Part shown: piece after piece, positions 61,621-64,000 of the stretch | Numbering within the stretch: position 1 is the first letter of the stretch | Layout: every line of letters starts with the position of its first letter | Assembly: GCA_965178125.1 (NCBI GenBank) | Contig: OZ237767.1 | Coordinates: 248,001 to 312,000, forward strand | Length of the DNA: 64,000 nt | Reading direction: 5' to 3' | Source: Bilabrum cf. latius | Lineage: Eukaryota | The notes under the pieces: model-generated | What the model was told of the DNA's origin: nothing | Databases searched by the model: none | The model's input: the letters and a program-made list of their open reading frames with translations, nothing else | Program-made: the position numbers and the translations under genes

Positions 61621-63510
61621 ATGGCTCAACAAATGGTTCAGAATTTACCAGTAAGCATTAAGGCTCCTAAAAGCCTTCAAATGATAACCCCTGAAGATGC
61701 TAGTTTAGGAACAGAACTAGGTGTTCAAAAATATACCCGCCGAGAAATTAGACCATCATCTAATCAATCTAATTCTCTTCTTCCCCTTTCTTTCCCCGTT
61801 AATCCTACTAGTAAAACCGTATCAAGGTTTATTCGTCTTCGTCATCGTATGACAGTTAGGCTACAACTAGAGCAAGCAGTACCAGCTCAAACTGCGGGAG
61901 GTGATGCTATTACCGCTCAATCTTATCTTAAATCTAGGTTTGGAACTAATTCATTACCTACCTTTAAAATGCTTCAAGGTGGTGTTTTAACAATTAATGG
62001 ATAGCCTTTTACAGTAAAAGTTTATGAATGGGCTGAACCTACTGAAGTTATGAACAGTGAAGAAACCTTATCCACAATCTCACCCGTTGGACGCCCTGAC
62101 ACTGTTGGTGATTATCGTGAAGTAAGTGATACCCTTAAAAATCCTTTAGCTTGGGGTTAGGATGTTGGATATAGTGCCGGTGATAGCTTTAGTTATCGTG
62201 GAGCATATGGGAATGCTTTTACGACTGTAAGTGCTGATTTCGTTGCGGGTAATAGAGACCAAATTGATTGGACTATTGATTTTCAAGAAGCTATACCACT
62301 AAAAGGAGCAGATGTTGATGTGAATGCTAAGTATTTTACCGGTGTAAGAAGCCTTCAAGTTGATTTAGATTATCACGTAAATGCTATTCAAAGACTGTGT
62401 AAGGCTAGTCTTACAAAAGATAACGGAGATATTAATAAAATAACGGCTTAGTCAATTATAGGAGAAACAAATACGACCCTTCTTGTTGATGAAGTTGAAT
62501 TTTAGAGTGGATACGCCCCCCCGACTCGTTGTATGTATAATATGCCTACAATTAAATTTTAGTCTTAGGCTCCTATCCCTGTAGCTAAATCCGCGACTGA
62601 AAATTCTTTAACTTCTTTTGATTATCAATTATCCCGTGAGAATGGTATCCCTAGTGCTATTATGGTATGTGCCCGCCTTGTTGGTTGTGATGATAACCCT
62701 AACTGGGCTAATAGAACTTTACCAATTAGAAGAATAGGTTTCTCACTCAATGGAAGTGCTGAGGAATTAGGGGCTGTAGATAATCCACACGAATTATATA
62801 GAATTAGTAGAAAGAACGGATATGCTCTTCCTCCTTCATCCTTTTATGGTTCATCAATTGATGGAAGTGATGGAAACCGCGGTACTGGTTGCTATATGAT
62901 TTTAAAACCTTCAGATGTTGCTACACTTGCTGGTGTTCAATCTAATGTAAATACTGGATTTAATCTTAAAGTTAATCTTCAGTGCTTCAACCCTTATAAT
63001 AAATATGCGGATGGTGCGAATGAGGATAAATACGAGATAAAAGTATGGATGTTTTATGATAATGTTCTTGTGAATGATAACGGTGTCTATACTGAGGCTG
63101 GTGCCCTTATTGAGCCTTCCAAAGTGCTTTCTGAACTTGCTAAACGTGGTGATGCTGAAAGTGGTTCTAAAGGTTTCTAGCCTGTATTTGAGGATTTAGA
63201 TAATTATGCTAATGTTATGGGTGGAAAAGGTCGTTTCTGGTCTAAGATTGGACGAGCCTTTAAACACGGATGGAACAAGGTTAAAGATTGGGCAAAAAGT
63301 GATTAGGCTAAAAACCTAGCTAAACAAATTAGGAATATAGGACCACTCAAAAGTCTAACAGGAAACAATACCGCTCTTGGCAAAGCGGCGGCACATTATG
63401 GATATGGAAATAGTGGAGGAGAATTGAATAAGCTTGGTGGAAAACTTACGATGCGTGGTGGCTAGGCTATGCGTGGAGAAGATCTCGAGGCCCTTTTAAG
63501 CACATCTTAA
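61621..63510 (+). CDS. Major capsid protein (629 aa) with cleavable C-terminal extension
   Basis: Frame open from ATG 61621 to TAA 63508-63510 with 9 TAGs. LTING, IPSAIMV, LPIRRIGFSLNG..ELYRISRKNG..YMILKPSD motifs; VMGG followed by amphipathic tail. Confidence 0.9.
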
Positions 63511-63557
63511 ACGTTTAAAATGACTTAAATATATATTAACTAACTAATATATATCAA

Positions 63558-63848
63558 ATGGAAAAGTTAAATAAAATTATTGAGAATCTACCGCCTACAC
63601 ACGATGTCTATATCCAGACAGAAATTGATGGAGTTTTGACCGTAATTTTTACAAATAGTGATTAGGTAAAAGAAATCACCAATCAATTAAAAAAAGACAG
63701 TAGAGAGGAGCTATTATATCTCAAATATTCAACCTATAAATGTATTATATAGACGAGGAATAAGTATAGAGATGATGACATTTTACTTCATTATTTGGCT
63801 GTTTGTCTATTAGAAAAGAAACCCATTCAATTACATAAGGCAAGATAA
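63558..63848 (+). CDS. Hypothetical viral protein (96 aa)
   Basis: ATG after TATATA motif; 2 TAGs; TAA stop. Confidence 0.65.
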
Positions 63849-63900
63849 TCATTTTATTATTTATTTATACATATTAAATAAATATATGACCTGTGAATGA

Positions 63901-64000
63901 TACTTTCCGAAGTTGGTTCACACTTTCCGAAGTTGGTTCACACTTTTCAAAGTAGGTTCACACTTTCCGAAGTTGGTTCATACTTTTCAAAGTAGGTTCA
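63901..64000. repeat. 20-bp tandem repeat array (at least 5 units, truncated by window end)
   Basis: Units YACTTTCCGAAGTTGGTTCA and YACTTTTCAAAGTAGGTTCA in the order A-A-B-A-B. Confidence 0.95.

Larger units (their letters stand above)
47729..64000. mobile_element. Endogenous mavirus-like virophage (provirophage/EMALE-like), right end outside window
   Basis: Abrupt switch to AT-rich, intronless, gene-dense DNA after a C8 run at 47729-47736. Contains an rve integrase plus ATPase-protease-penton-MCP in the mavirus gene order. Confidence 0.93.

Noticed and set aside
47729-64000. Viral region as a decayed pseudogenised relic
   Set aside because: Internal stops are exclusively TAG, with no internal TAA/TGA or frameshifts and intact catalytic motifs; random decay in AT-rich DNA would yield many TAA.
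47729-64000. Bacterial/Mycoplasma contamination or a recoded phage suggested by DUF285 and low GC
   Set aside because: The gene set is virophage-type, TGA is used as stop, and the region contains a host-like GC-rich Ngaro element. A chimeric join at 47729 still needs read-level confirmation.
470-64000. Ciliate-type code (TAA and TAG both Gln) or pyrrolysine/programmed read-through
   Set aside because: TAA terminates genes at expected ends (47487, 49392, 54422, 61547, 63508) and was never needed internally. TAGs are too numerous and context-free for special recoding, and they map to Gln columns.
63901-64000. CRISPR array
   Set aside because: Units are contiguous with no unique spacers, and no cas genes are present.
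47729-64000. Protein-primed PolB or helicase of the virophage
   Set aside because: No such motifs in the visible part; they may lie beyond the window, so absence cannot be concluded.

Overview
Eukaryotic (protist) genomic window with three nested layers. (1) Positions 1 to ~47.7 kb are GC-rich, intron-poor host DNA with about 13 genes: an ANK-PHR-PINK1-like kinase-WW protein, a transportin-3/importin-13-like karyopherin, a RING-H2 ligase, seipin, exportin-4, an EXD3/mut-7-like 3'-5' exonuclease, a membrane protein, a KH/RGG protein, a PARP6/8-like enzyme, a TFIIB-like factor, an EF-hand protein, ATE1 and a large DPF-motif protein. It also holds a 5'-truncated REL-endonuclease non-LTR retrotransposon. 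(2) From ~47,729 to the window end is an AT-rich endogenous mavirus-like virophage with DUF285 repeat genes, an rve integrase with chromodomain, putative core proteins, a nucleotidyltransferase-like protein and the ATPase-protease-penton-major capsid module. (3) Inside the virophage, a 1.62-kb GC-rich Ngaro tyrosine-recombinase retroelement (A1-YR-B1-A2-B2) interrupts a viral gene. The main result is that all layers read TAG as a sense codon, most likely glutamine, while TAA and TGA remain stops. The supplied ORF track is fragmented almost entirely at TAGs, and TAG occupies conserved Gln positions, including the predicted oxyanion-hole Gln of the viral protease. The host resembles a Cafeteria-like bicosoecid (inference from gene style and the virophage+Ngaro arrangement; identity not proven). 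Coordinates below assume TAG=Gln; 5' ends of intron-containing host genes are approximate. Family assignments come from recalled motifs, not database searches.
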